Both the position numbers and the translations under genes were made by a program. DNA of 64,000 nt from Chrysomallon squamiferum (Eukaryota; Animalia; Mollusca). The stretch's first letter is position 1, and the number at the start of each line of letters is the position of its first letter. Below are positions 1 through 14,970 of the stretch, one piece after another. The stretch lies in the NCBI GenBank assembly GCA_012295275.1, contig CM022668.1, positions 248,001-312,000 on the forward strand. The letters are read 5' to 3'. The notes under the pieces were generated by a model that saw only the letters and a program-made list of their open reading frames with translations, was not told the origin of the DNA and ran no database searches.

Positions 1-314
1 GAAATTTAAAACATAAAATAATAAATTAAATATTTTATCAGAATGAATATAGAAAATAAAGAATCAATTACCATTTTTCCAGGACAAATAGAGTCCCAGT
101 ATGACTGCACCAAGAAACAAGGGTATTAGAGACAGTCAAGGTATGCATATTATTAACAGATATTAAAATAAAATTAGACATTTTTGCCCCTTAACATCTG
201 TGACCACCCTTGACTTTTACTGTAATATTTATATTTTGTTTCAGTAATAACAAGAGGGTACCAACAGGACAAATGTACAAAAAAAGAAACAACAATGGAT
301 GCACTTCTGTATAC

Positions 315-1950
315 CTTGCTGTTTCAGTTCTGCTGCTGCTGCCTTCCCAATAATTGTCCAAACTGGGCGGAGACAACCCAGAAGTCCCTCAAAGAAACCT
401 CTTTGGTGGCTGTCACGGTAATCAACATCTACGCTTCCAGATGGATTGTGGGTAGGAGTGACAGGAGCTGATCTAGCAATAGTTGGGGATGGGGTGGAAT
501 CATTGGAAGATTTTTCTGTTAGGCTAAGTTGGTCTATGTCATGTTCCAAACGTAGAGTACTGAAATAAATAAAGAAATAAAGAAATAAAGAAAGAAAGAA
601 AGAAAGAAACAAACAAACAAACAAACAAACAAACAAACAAACAAACAAACAAACAAACAAATAAATAAAAACTGAGTAATACCATTGGTCTGGAAACAAA
701 CAAATAATGTTCTGAAATTTATTTATCTGTCTTGCTATTTTAACATGGACTGTAAATTTGTTTATCAAGAAAATCTTTTCATAATTTTACTCTAATTATG
801 TATGTGCTTATATATATTATTTTATTTATTTGTTTTCATCTATCTTCATAATCACAAACTAAAATATCAAGTATGGTTGTTCAAATGTTTTTACAAATTT
901 TATAATCTCTTATTTCACCATTTCATTAAAGATAATAAAAGAAGATAACTGAAAAAGAATAAAAGTAAAAATAAAATAAACAGCAATCAGTAGAAATTTT
1001 GCCATGCAGCACTTGAGCTCAAATCAGGGTTTTAGATCATAGAGATTCAAAGGATTTTTTTTATATAAATGATTAGAAGGAGAATAAAAACTGGCCAGTA
1101 TCAGAAAAATCAGATTGACATTAACTGAAATGTGTCAGTGATGTTAATACTATTATTATTTATGCCATTGAAATGCAATTTCATTGTCATATGGCAAAGT
1201 AGAAGATGATTATGAAAAACGAGAAAAAAGCAGAAGAAATAAGGAAAAGTGAAAAAAAAAAAAAAAAAGAAACATGAAGAAAAAATGAATAAATTGAATA
1301 AAAAGAAAAGATGAAAAGAAGAGGGATGGCAAAAATAAAGGAACTTGAAAAAAAAGAAGAAAGTAAACTGAAGATGAAGAACATGAAGAAAAGCAAAAAC
1401 AAAGAAAAACAACTAAAAAAATTATGAAAAGTAAAAAAGAAAAAGAAAACTGGAGAGATCGGAAAACAATTATTTTTTTATTCTAAAAAAAACCCAAAGC
1501 AAAACTGCACATTCACTTTTTTCTTAAATTCTAAGGAAAACCAAATTTGATTTCTTTAGAAGCAGTTTTTGTTCAGAGGCTATATCAGCAAGAAGTAATT
1601 AATATTTTATTTATAGAATTTAATATCAAAGATTTAAAAAAAAAAAAAAAACTTGAAAAACATGAATGGCTTTATTAACATTCAGACATCAACATATTAA
1701 TCAAAAAGTATTGATTAATGTTATTTTTAGTCAGATTTTGAAAACACAAACATTAGATAACACACTATAAACCAAGAAAACATCAAGAGGCTGTAATCAG
1801 CAATCTATATCAACAGGTTGTAAGTGATTATGGGAAAACTGATGATGAAATGTGTAACGTTAAGTGTGGGTGTTTTCACACATAATACTATGGCTGACTA
1901 TAATGAATCGTAGAAGATTAAATTATTAAATTCGAATTTCTTTATTTACA

Positions 1951-2024
<74 letters not shown>

Positions 2025-2722
2025 CTAATTAGCTTCTTCTAGAATTCAGTTTCCAGTTTAACATGGGACCATCCTGTTAAATAGTTTGACCCAAACAAGT
2101 AAAATAAATAGAGGATTATTTCTAATAACCATTTTTCGTAACAGACAATGTTATGAATGTAACAGTTACAATGTCTATCTGCAGGTCATATTTCTGTTTT
2201 AACCCTTTTAATCTGGAGCAGCAAAAACAGAAACACATTTCAGACACAGTGTCATTAAAATATTATTGCTATGGTTACCAAACTATTGTATTTAAAAATT
2301 CAGTTATTTGAAATATGTCAGATATATATATTTATATATATATACAGTTTTGTTAAAATTGATAGATCTTTGTTATACTATATTGTTGATATGGTTACCA
2401 TAAAATTTACATAACAAAGCAAATTAAAAATCTGTCTTTAAAACTCTAAAATTTGTTGGTGTGGTGTCTGAAATCTACAAAAAAAAATTAAAGTAATAAA
2501 TTAGCAATAACAGTGGGCTTTTAAAAAACTACAACCTGTTGTCATGGTAACTGACCTGTTAGAAAATTCAAAATCACTGCTGGCTGTAAGAACATTGAGC
2601 ATATTGGGACTGTTTCTGCTGAACATCGGCTCATCTTTCTTGGGGACATCAATAGCCTTCGTTGTGGTAGTCGATGACGACATAGTCTGCTGGGGGTAGT
2701 CAGCATTACGCTCCAGCGTCAT
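315..2722 (-). CDS. MAP3K13: DLK/LZK-type mitogen-activated protein kinase kinase kinase (MAP3K12/13-like), first coding exons only; gene continues beyond window start
   Basis: Exons 2722-2556 (MTLERNADY...FEFSN, ends AG|GTCAGT, phase 2) and 559-315 (ttcag|T ACT..., ends CAAG|GTAT) join in frame. The second encodes [20 protein letters not shown]...KQQ, the motif just N-terminal to the kinase domain in DLK/LZK (human [20 protein letters not shown]). The start codon is tentative because the frame is open back to the acceptor at 2758. Confidence 0.85.
565..670. repeat. (AAAG)n/(AAAC)n tetranucleotide microsatellite forming the polypyrimidine tract of the MAP3K exon acceptor
   Basis: Direct reading of the sequence. 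Confidence 0.9.
1956..2021. repeat. (CT)n microsatellite
   Basis: About 33 perfect units. Confidence 0.95.
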
Positions 2723-2912
2723 TGTGTAGCTGTACACACGCCAGTCCCTGAGCTGTAACTATAAATAGAAACTATTCTAAATATATTATATATAATATGT
2801 AAATTATTTTACACTGTGTTTAATTTTAATAAACACATACATACATATTACATTTAAATAACTTATATCAAATTAAATTACATTAAATTAAGGAATATTA
2901 AAGAGAATGCAA

Positions 2913-3078
2913 TGGTGGTCAAGCCTATTTAGGCTAAAACTCTCAAAATTTAAGGGGGCATATCTCTGACACCACTGGTCTGATTGGCCTAAAATCCCAA
3001 TCAACAAGTATACCAAGTTTCATAAAAATCTGAGATGGTCGGGTTTAACCCATTGGATGATTTTACACAGAATGACCA
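2913..3078 (+). mobile_element. Solo, diverged terminal arm of the MITE family seen intact at 51011-51663
   Basis: Shares tcaacaagtataccaagtttcataaaaatctgaga.ggtcgggtttaa.ccattgg.tgattt.acac.gaatgacc with the right arm 51448-51663. Confidence 0.85.
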
Positions 3079-3694
3079 CAGTACATATCAAGTCAGATGA
3101 ATCATAATTAACTAAACTTTATTACTGACATTGTGACAGATGTCAAGATTTCTGGACAAAAGCATTATGGGTATAAAAAATGTATTTAATGATATTAGGG
3201 AAGATAATATGTATTAATCCTAGACTAGATGCATTGTAGGTAAAAAATACTTTAATAAAATTATAGCATTTGATAGAGTAATTGCAGATCAGATGCATTA
3301 TGGGCAACAAAAATATGTAAAGTTACAATGGATGAAAATAGTGGTTTTATACAAGATGCATCCTGGTTAATTAAACATATACTGACATTACAATGTCTGA
3401 TGGTACTATAAAGGTGTTAAGAAGCAGTTAGAAACATTGTTTTTCTTCTGGTTGTGCAATAGCAGTACTGGCCTTAATGGGACTGCTTCATGTTATCACA
3501 AAATCAATACTTATTAGCTGTGTTCCATCACAGAATAAAACTACAGCACTTTTACCAGCCTCTGGGAATCTCAGCTAATTAACCATTAAAGACACAATGT
3601 ATAGGGAATCGAAGTAATTAACAGTGAAGATACTGTGTCTGTGAATGTCAGGTACTATATATCAAACATATTACACCATGACTGTATGTCTGAG

Positions 3695-3872
3695 TCTGAA
3701 ATATCTGAATAATAAAGATACTATATCCAGGAATCTGAGATACCTGAATAATAAAGATACCATGTTCAGGAATCTGACATACCTGAATCATAAAGATACG
3801 ATGTCCAGGAATCTGAACTAACTGAGTATTAAAGTCACCATTGTGAGGAATCTGAGATACCTGAACATAAAT
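3695..3872. repeat. 39-bp minisatellite, about 4.5 copies
   Basis: Unit tctgagatacctgaataataaagataccatgttcaggaa starts at 3695, 3734, 3773, 3812 and 3851. Confidence 0.85.
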
Positions 3873-4714
3873 CACTGGGTCAGTAAATACAAACTAAACA
3901 TTTCAATAAATGTTAAAACTAATATTACTTAAAAATTAATGAGATATTTTTGCCTTCAACAACAACAGCATTAGATAAATAAATAAAAAAGTCTGATGGT
4001 GATAGTACATTTTCAGGATTGGTTTCAAATTATCCAAACATTTTCTTCTTTTCAGTGACAGTACAATAACATTCTGAGTGATTGGATCTTAGAATATTTT
4101 GTTATTAGATATTAATCAATGGCTCTTTGAGGAATGGTATGAGAAAGAAAAACATGAGTTACACTTATTAAATAGCAAAAACAGATATTTTATATAAACC
4201 TTCCATACACAAGAATAGGAAATAACTGAATGGGTGCCTGCTGTAACATGTCACTTTTCAGATAATTACAGGGCTAAAGTATGGTTAATAAATATTTATA
4301 GTTACTATTACAAACAAAAAAAGAGTAGACAACCTTTTGATTTTGAAACTTCAGTCATCAGTTAATAAAAAGGCTCATTCCCAGCACAAACAAATTACAT
4401 TTTTTATTCTCGAAAGAAACTTAACACCAGTCATTCACAGGAATATATATATATATATATGAAAAAAAAGTACAAAAACAAAGTGAGAGAGAAAAAAAGC
4501 ACCAAATCTTCAGTAAGTCTTCTAAAAGTGATTGTGTTATTGGAGAAATTTTGTCAAATATGTCAGCAAACAATGCATGCTCAATTCATTGTATTATATA
4601 TGCAAGTGAAGGTGTATATGTATGTGTAAATGTGCATGCATGTGTGTGGGTGTGTGTGAAGAATGTCACAAAACTTTTTACATTGATTTACTTGTAAATA
4701 AATGATCAATATTA

Positions 4715-4751
<37 letters not shown>

Positions 4752-6884
4752 AAATATAGTGTGTGTGTATGTGTATATATATCTTTTTTTAATGTGACTG
4801 AATATAATATATGATATGAATATACATATATACATATCATAAATCCACATATAACATTATTTCTTATTTAAAACAATTCACTATTGATGACTTGAGCCAC
4901 TGAAGAATGGAAAAAAAATATGCTGAGACGGCAGTCAAGTACAAAGATTTGTTTGACATTTTAAAACTGAAACATCAGATGTCTTAATAGCTGTTGTGAT
5001 GTTTGTGTTCCAGATACTGATAGACTGAAATGACTTTGACATTTATGTCAAATATTATTGATTATTTCAAAACAAATGAGTTAGATGTGTATTTGGATGT
5101 AAATGTGTGCAACTGTACATTTGTGTATTTGTATATGCATACAAAAGAATTATTGTGTGCGCATGCCACACACACACATACACACACACGTTTCGAATTG
5201 TCATAATTATTTAAAATTTTGTTTGAATGTATCCACATATGCCATAGACTATGGCCTGAGTATAAATAAAGTTCAGCTCAGTTCAGAAGTGTAGCAACCA
5301 GTGATGAAAATAGTGAGAGAAAGAAAGTCTAATACCTAATGTTAATCCACAACTGACCTTAGAAAGTCTAACCCCATAGTAAAAGGAACATCAGAGATAA
5401 CTTAATCTAATTTCATCCATGTGTTTGGAATATCAATCATAGAGATTAGCAGATAATGGAAAACTATTAATAAAGTTACCTCCCTCACAGGTCAGGAAAA
5501 TAATTCATCAGTTAGAAGCTTCAGCATTCTTTTACACTGGTTTGGAAACCTGCTGGTTTTGATTGATTTCTCCTTCCACCCCACCCACTATTTATATTAG
5601 ATAAATCAGGTGTAAAGTATATTTATTCTTATTTTTTCATCTTCTATTTACATTTAGAGAGTTCTTAATTTTATTTTTCATTTATATATATAAACATATC
5701 ATGGCTGTAACTACATTGAGGCAAATGCCATATTGAAATTGAAGATTTTTTGTTTTTAATTTTATACAAAGATTTTATTTAAAAAATATAAAATACAAGA
5801 TTCTATTCTGATAGAAATGATATCCACTGAATGAAGTTGTTTATGTCTTCAGTTACCATTTGAAGTCTATTAACATCATTGCAAATAAGTGTTTTTGCCT
5901 CATTTCAAAAAGTGTAGTTATGGCCGTGTGCGTGTGTGTGTGTGTGTGCGTGTGTGTGTGTGTGTAAAATTAAGAGTTAATCTGTAAGAACATCAATCAT
6001 TCTACCGACAATAATTTTTCTGGTATCATCATTATAAGATAAATGATATATTTGATATTTAATTAATTATTAAAATAAAACATGTTAAGCTATCTTATTC
6101 ATGCTCTTGAGCACATCAGTGTTTTAAACCACAGACACTCTACAGTAGATCTGAATTATTATACACGGGCAGCCTTAACTGTGACCCTGTTGTTATCTTT
6201 TTTCAATGCTGTTGAATAATTAAAATGTTGTATTTATGAAGGCACAGGATACTGTTTTCTTTTTCTTTTTAAAACCTTACAAAATAAAGTGTATTATCAA
6301 ATGTTCCACTGGTTAATATCCTAGTTATTAGATAACAATGCATTTTAAAGTATTAATAAAATGATTTTAAACATTCTTATGGTTATATTATATTAATTAC
6401 TATAAATCTATTTTCACAGACCAGTCGGCATTCTTTCAGTATTTAAAATATTATAAATATAAAATGCAAATAAAAGCAAAATATAATACAAAAACTGAAT
6501 GCAAAAATAAAAATATATATAATTTGTGAGTGTCTGAATATCTCCATATGTTTAAATATCTATACCAGTACATTGATAAATACACAAATAAACTATCACA
6601 TAATTTTTACACACCTACTTCTACCTCTCTGTCTTTCTATCCATTTATCTATATATCTGTCACAATGTCTACCATAAAAAAAGGCAAATATCAACATAAA
6701 TTAATAACCATACAAACATACACATTAAGATTTCATATTTAACATTTTTTACTATTTATATGAAGAATCCTTCAAATTAGGTAAGCAACATATACAAAAA
6801 CACACATAAACACAGACATACAGACAACTCATATATAAACACTTAATATATACTCATATTATTATAACAATGCCTGACGCATGT

Positions 6885-7110
6885 AATACAATTATTATCT
6901 GATAGTAATGTGTGCCTTAATAAAATTACACTAAATAACCCACATACATACATAAACACAAAAACAGATGTCATACATGATCATAAACCTTTAACTAAAT
7001 ATTTACTTATGTCATTATGATAATATATAACTCATATAATACAATTAGTATCTGATAGTAATGTCTACCTTTTTATTCAAATTATATTAAATAAACCATA
7101 CTCATACAAA
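6885..7110. repeat. Diverged direct duplication, period about 153 bp
   Basis: aatacaatta.tatctgatagtaatgt...aaattа-like block recurs at 6885 and 7038. Confidence 0.6.
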
Positions 7111-7878
7111 CATACATATGATTATGTACCTAGACATATGTTAATATATACAATATATATTTAGCATGTTAAGATCGAATTCGTACAAAGTATATATTAA
7201 ATGAACCAGGAAGTTAACAGCTGCCATGACAGGAACAAACCAAAATGAAGAAAACACTGAAAAGCATCTATCATCATTTCTCTTCTGTAGCTACAAATCG
7301 ATTCTATCTGAATGTACTGTGATCCTTACTTTCAGGGAGTAATTTGAATTTCGCAACATCAATAGTACGGCCCAGTTTCACAAAAAAATGTGATGCAGCA
7401 ATTCCAGCACTAAGGCCCAGTCGCATGAATCAGCTGTTAGGTTTAAATGAGAAGAAATAGTGTATGGAAAGTTGATGTAGTAGTAGGCCTACATGTGTTT
7501 TACTCCTTCTGATGATTTGCTTATTAGTATGTATGTGTGTGTGTAAGTGTATATAAGTTTGTGTATGTATGTGTGAGGGTGTGTGTGACTATATATGTGT
7601 GTGTGTGTTTGTGTTTGTCTGTGTGGTGTTTGTGTGTGTCTGTGTGGTGTTTGTTGTGTGTATGTAACATCATTATATGATACATTTTTATCAGGTAATA
7701 CGGACATAACACTAAACACAAAACAGAAGTATAGACAAGACATGGACACTGCACAGACAGTACAGATAATATAAATTGAATGTACAGTCATAAACACAAA
7801 TATATCTACGTATACATATACAATTTAAGTAGGTTAGTAATATACACATTATAAATATATATATAGGTACCTACAAAA

Positions 7879-7912
<34 letters not shown>

Positions 7913-8749
7913 TACATATACATATACTAACATATGCATATACACACTCACACACATATCCATTATAATAATATCCATTTAAGTTTGATGTAGCATATTT
8001 TTAAACTATTAACAATAGTAATTATAGTTATAATATTAATATTTTTAATAGTTGTGGTTCTATAGTTAGTAGTAAATATGGTTGGTGTGAAAGTAATAGA
8101 TGTAGTACTAATAGTATATACACATACACATATGCATATGCAAGACAAGATTAGAATAAAATATAATTATTAATCAAATTATAAAAACCAAAATTCCAAA
8201 AACAAACAAAAACAAAAATGACAATACATCTGTGTATTTTTATAAAACCCTAACTTTTTAAATGACAAGGTTTATTTATTTATAATTATTATTATATATT
8301 TTTTTTTTAAAAACCCTAAATTTTGTACCTGTACAGAAGAGAAAATAATAAAAAAATGTAACCATCAATCTGTACACAGCAAATAATAATGCCTGAGTTT
8401 ATTATCTGTCCAAATGAATGTATTAAAGAACCTGAGGATTTTTTAATCTGTTGACAGGTAAATTAATCCCCAACCCATCTTACCTTTGATCTCTGTCAGG
8501 TGAACTGATTGTCATTAATAATTAATTATAACCTTAATAAAATATATTTTAAACACTTGTGAAGTGCCTGAAACTTTTTTTTTTTTTTGTTTCAGTCATT
8601 TAAGACTTTTTTCACATTAGATAAATTGCACTGATTCATGAGAGAACATTTTAAATCTGTTTTTGTAGCAGAAAAGAACAATATAAACAAATAAGCAAGC
8701 AAACAAAAAGAAATGAACAAAATAAATAAGAAAGGAAGAAATGTTTCCT

Positions 8750-9200
8750 AATCTAGTGGTAGTTATAGTAGTCACAGTAATGGTTGTGAATGATAGCAGC
8801 AGCGCCAGTAATAGTAATAGTAGTAGTACTAGTTTGACATGCACTAATAGTGTAATATGGTAATTTTGTTATTAAGTTATAATTAAATAGTAGCAGCAGT
8901 AATAGTAGGAATACAAGTAATAATAATAATAGCTGTCATACAGTAGAAATTGTATTAGTAGTTATAATAGTAGTAGTAGTAGCAGTTGTAGGGGTAGTTG
9001 CAGAATAATAGTCTAGTAAAATTTACTGTCACAGATGAGTTATGTTATAGTAGTAACAGTAGTATAACTATTAGTAGCAGTACTGGTAATTGTAATGGTA
9101 ACTGTAGTAGTAGTTAGTGGTAGCAGTAGTTATAGTTGTTGTTATTATAGGAATACTAGTGGCAATGGAACAAGCAGCTGCATAGTATTGTTATTATTAA
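8750..9200. repeat. Degenerate (AGT/AAT/AGC)n trinucleotide low-complexity tract
   Basis: Direct reading of the sequence. Confidence 0.75.
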
Positions 9201-12200
9201 TCTTAAATCTTTCTAAAACAATTTCTTCTTGTTTACCCTATGATTATTATTCATACAGCTATAAATATCTTATTGAAATCAGTATGTCAGCATTGCCACA
9301 TCAGTTTCTAACATCTACTATGTCATCCTGTCTCACCCTGTATAATTATACTGATTTTCTTCCAAACTTATTTATTGTTTGATAACCTTCATATAGGTAA
9401 ATCCAGGTGAAAACTAATTAACATGAATGATAACAGGTTTGTATGAATGAAAACATTTCACAGTCACTGTATTGCTTTATAAAAATTAAATGCTCTGTTA
9501 TGTGTTAATCACTTAATGTTATGAATATTTATATGTTCGACATTTTGATAATGGATGGATGGAAATTTGAATGATTGGGAAAATGAGTAACCATGGTAAT
9601 ATACATATGTATGTATGTATGACTCTTTACCAGTCTATTAATCTATTTGTCTGTCAGTTGGTGTCTATCAATCTCACTTATACATTTCAAATCTCCTGTT
9701 TAGTTCTCTACAAATAAAAAGGCTCTAAAAATATGACATTCTAACTAATAAACATCCAATAACACTGATTAATAATTTGTATCTAAATAAAAATTAGATA
9801 ATTATGATATAATAATTACTAAACTTGTGTCTAATTAAACTATGATATAAAATAATATTTATATAAATTATAATTATATCCTTGTTGATTAAAATACTTA
9901 TAAAATACAGATAAATTAATATAGCTTATAATAATCACTAAGATACTTATATTAATAATAATAAAAAGATTCATGATCATCTAACATGCAAATAATTTTC
10001 TACATCTTCAGTTTGTTTCTTTGTCTTCATAATGAAGGGGTTCCTGTGTTATTCTAAAAACCAGTACTTGAATAATGAGAACAGATGTATTGATTTATAG
10101 AGGTTACTGCATTATACAATTCTGTTGGCTGAACCAGGAACAGTGTACAAGAATATTGATTTTGTCCTTTGACTTTTCTTTGTACAAGCAGCAGTGGCTT
10201 GGGGCTCAATTGGTCACTAGATCAATACTTGTTGGTGTGCCAGTTAGACTATACATTTTCCCAGATACTGTTACTTATTTCTTAACTTACTCTAGTACAA
10301 GCAGAAAGATGTAAGTCATGGTTTGGGTGATTATCTGAGACATGATGGGTCATTATATCAAACTTATTAGCCCATTTATTAGAGATAGATACTAGGTTAA
10401 TCTCTCTTATTAGTACTGTAAGTGAAAATATATAGCTGATACCTAATAAAATATATAACCAACACCTTTCTTTTGTTAATAATAAAATTTATAATTGATA
10501 CCTAACATATGTTAAACTGAAATCTAATACTTTTTAATAACAAAATATACTGACAAGTTCCATAAAAGTTCTAAAAAATACTAAGAAGTATATTTGTAAG
10601 TAAAATAATTATTTTTCTTGTCATCAAAATGTGAAATGTTTACATCATTACCATAAATCCTCAAGGCTAAATAATATTCAAAACCTCACAAAATCTAAAT
10701 TTCTTTTTTTCAAAATTAGGATGCTTACAGCAGTTAGAATGTCCATCTGTTCTTTCATCTCTTTGGTCAGTTGAATATAATGGAAATTAAAATGATCCCA
10801 GAATGCAACACAATTGTTTTCACCTGACATTTTGTATTGATGTCGTACTTAGAAGTAATTATTTAGTATTGTTAACAATTTGTATAGAAATATGATTATA
10901 TTTTATACAGAGCAGAAAAATATAAGAAATAATATACAGTCTGTTTTATATGTACTAGATCATCACATATGTAATAGAGACAGCAGCATGCACATATACA
11001 CATACACACAAGCACACAAAGACAAAAGCATGTATATATGTATACATACACAGAAACATTTAAACACAAACAAACACACACAAACTGTATTCCCAACACA
11101 CATAAAAACACCTTTTTGAAAAAATGACGACAACAAACAAATAACAACTGCAAAGTTGGTGGTTACTAAAACATTTGATGAAAATGTTCTGTGAAGTCAT
11201 TTAAAAATGTGTTGGGATATAATTAAGAGTGTGTTAGACTGACATTTAAAAGGTGTTATTTAAAATGTGTTAGGTTGAAAAATGTGTTTGACTAATTAGT
11301 GGGTTGAGGCCTCAGTAATAAAATATCAGACTATCATTAAAATATGAAACTTCCGAAGATGTATAAATCCATTAAAATAAGCTTAAACATCCAGTCTTTC
11401 CTTTTCATTTTTACATGTCTGTGTTAACTTCACTCCTACCCTAAGAAGATGCTCACCATAACATTTTCAGTAATTTGTATTTAAAAAAGAACTCTTTCAG
11501 GATAATTTTGTCAACCTATTAGAGTTAATGAGATGTCCATGCAGCATACGAATAGTAAGATATATTGATTGCAGATGGAAAAGCAACACCTACGCAGTTC
11601 CTTGGACTGACCTTTGCTGTTAATATCACAGTTGAGACTACGCTGGTAAATAAAAAGAATCGTGATGTGCAGCAGTCTAGAGAAAAGAGTATATCATGTG
11701 ATGTATGTATGTATGTATGTACGTACAATCAGATAGGCCTACATATTGCACTAAAACACACACAAAAATATAAACACTCAAAACACACACATACACACAC
11801 TCTCTCACACACCCACCCTCACTCTCAAAACCACACATTCCTATATATGCATTCTCAAAACAGATGTACAAAGATACTTCTGTAATGTATTGTTTTTCTG
11901 GAATCTGGTGACCTAATTAATATCAAACACTAATCAGTTAATTGTAGAGAATGAACAGTTATTCTTTTGAAATTAAAAGAGAGATATATAGAGACACAGA
12001 GACAGAAATAATCTTAGACAGAGAGGAGAGAGGAGAAATAAAAATAAGTGAAAGGGTGAGGAATGCAGAAGAATATGAGAAAGAGAGATAGAACAAGAAA
12101 AATTGAGCGATATAGAGATAAACATGAGAAGAAAAGAAACAAACTAAATAATTTGAGATAGAAGATGAATAAGAACACACATTCTATTGTTTTCTAACAG

Positions 12201-12904
12201 ATGTTATGTAGAAACAATATTCAGTGTTTTATATGAAAGTAAATTAAATACTGGCACACACAAATAAAATAATTTCCTTCATAATTCTTAAAACAATATT
12301 GATATTTCTTAAAATGACTTGGAAATATTAATTAAATATAGTTCAAACAAAATTATTTTGTTGAAAAAATAAGTTAATAAGTTAGTTATTTAAATAAATT
12401 ATCAAAAAATAATTTTGAAACGTTTTAATAAAATTTGTATATCTCAATAGTTATTCGTATATAATTACTTTGACATAGTTAACTAGAAAATAGTGTAAGT
12501 ATTTAATTTAAATGCTGTAATTTAATTAAAATAATCTTACAGAAAGTAGCTTAAATATAACATTTATTTTCTATATTAATGATTTAATAAATGTCTATTA
12601 ACTAACATTTAATTTTGAAAACATGATGTTTAAAAACAAATATAATATACTAAAATTAAAAAATATATTTACTCAATAGCAAATTTAATTTCTAATATAT
12701 ATATATATATATATATATGACATATTTTCCATATTAATAAGTAAATAAATATTAAAATTATATTTAATTTTCATCACTGTATATTATTTTATTCATGATG
12801 TGATGCTAAATTGTAATTAATAAAAACCATAAAATAGTCAGATTACATTCCAATTAAAATAAAAACATTGAGAGAACAAAAATAAATTAATTCTAACAAG
12901 TTAC

Positions 12905-12999
12905 CTGATGCATTCATTCTCAAACCATCCTTATAACAATCCTCCATATTTATTTTTGTGTTTTTTTTATCACTTCCTGTTCCAAAAAATATCCACAAA
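12905..12999 (-). other. Candidate additional 5' exon of the MAP3K gene
   Basis: Acceptor attctatag| and donor CAG|GTAAC. The internal ATG (MEDCYKDGLRMNAS) is not in frame with the downstream coding exon. Confidence 0.25.
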
Positions 13000-14838
13000 C
13001 TATAGAATATAAAAAAAAAACTCAAACAGGAATCCTTCAACAAATTAAGAATGTCCTCTTCTCTTTCCTGATAAGAAATAATTTTATTTTTGAAAAATAA
13101 ATATTATTTTAAACAACTGTAGTTAAAAAGTGTTGCAGACATCATTTCATAATAAAAATGTTTTCACTGATTGAGGCATGTAGAGGCATTCAGTCACTAC
13201 TGGGGGTTGCTGTAATTTCTACTCACTCAGTGAGTAGCTATATTTGCATCACTTGCTCTCTCTCCATCAATGAATGCTCTACCATTGCCATCTTTTACAT
13301 CTATATATGGTAAAACTGCGACATTGTCGTCATGACAACATGGAGAAAAAAATCAATAGAATCCCTTGTCCCAGATCACTACCAATCTACTTTCAATGGA
13401 AAGCACTGCTTGTATTGATTATTTTTCTTTCTTTCATTTTTTTGCTCTTTGCGTAGTGGAATCTGCACTCCATTTCTTCTTGTTATTTCACTGTCAGAAG
13501 CCATATGAGAGTCTATCACATGTTAGTTATGATCTACTATATATGGTGTTTTAATATTAAATTTATATGATTAACATTTTGACATCATATCATGTTTTAT
13601 TATATAGTGATTTAATATTATTTGCCCATATCACATTTATATATATGTAAACCATAAAAAGTATCTGTGATAAGATATAGATATTTTAAATATTAAATTA
13701 CAATCACAACAATAATAGAATATATCTACAAATATATAGGTAATTCATAAATAATGTATTTAGAATAAAAATAAGATATTCATAATAACTGTAATATCTG
13801 TCTAAATAGGCACAATGAGAAAATTCAGCTCATCATCAATAATTGTTTAAAATCTTAAAAATAACAACATAGCTCTACTGATAATAATGACAAATTTAAT
13901 TTAAACATAACTTGTATTAAGTAATGAGAAGTCTAGAATGGATTAAACAAATCATTCTTTTGGACAGCCTACTAATTTAAGTAAAATTATTTTAAAATAA
14001 ATTCTTAATTACTCTAAACCAAAACTAGTTCTCAATAATTTAGATAGATAAAACATAATTAAATAAATATAACTAACTACACTGTGCACAGACTATGAAA
14101 ATATTAATGATTACTGCATTAATTATAATTACCTTCTATATTTAGCAGATATGACAGGTAATATATTAAAATTAACTGAAAATGAAACTTTACAAAAAAC
14201 CTAGATGTTTATCACCATAACCTTTTTCTTTTCTTTTTTAAGAAAAAACCCACATTAATTATAATTATTTGATAAATAATAATAATTCCCACTTTAGTTA
14301 ATGAAGTATGTGATTTATGACTATGCATATGTTTGTGTATGTGTGTGTGTGTGTCTCCTATGTGTATTCGTTTAAATGAATTAAATAGGCATTGATAAAA
14401 AACATGTTTTTATATATTTATGTTTTCATATATACAGACATTTATAAATATACTTTCTGTTACTTGTGAAGTGAAATCATCTGAAAACATAAATACACAC
14501 TCAATATTATTACACACACATACAACACAGAGATGTACACAAACACACACACACTCTCACAAAATATCTATATATATACAAATATAAACACACACAGATA
14601 CATGGGTAAAACACACATACAGAAATGCACAATCAGGAGCAATATATTTAGAAAAACATTCACTAGTTATGAACCTATAAAAGAAAAAAAGAAGAAAAGA
14701 AAATTGACAACAAAAAATCAGACGCATTCATAAAACTTCCCAACAAAATTCTTTTGAACTGCTCACTGCCACAGACACCCAGAAAATGTAGAAGTTTCAT
14801 TAAACCTGTTAAAGATTTTAAAATATCAACAGACTTAC

Positions 14839-14970
14839 CTAAATAAATAATATTTTTAAATCCTCAGCGAAAACCTTTGAACTAAATATTTGCTTCATTT
14901 GATGAATGTCATTTCAGCCTTTCATTGCCATAGAAACAAGCTCCCAGTTTTTAGACAAAATCTTAAAATG
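14839..14970 (-). other. Candidate 5'UTR exon of the MAP3K gene
   Basis: Strong acceptor (ttttcatattttcag|) and donor (TAG|GTAAGT) bounding 132 nt that contain three short uORFs. Confidence 0.4.

Noticed and set aside
3695-3872. Regular repeats superficially like a CRISPR array
   Set aside because: Head-to-tail units without unique spacers in a eukaryotic intron; this is a minisatellite.
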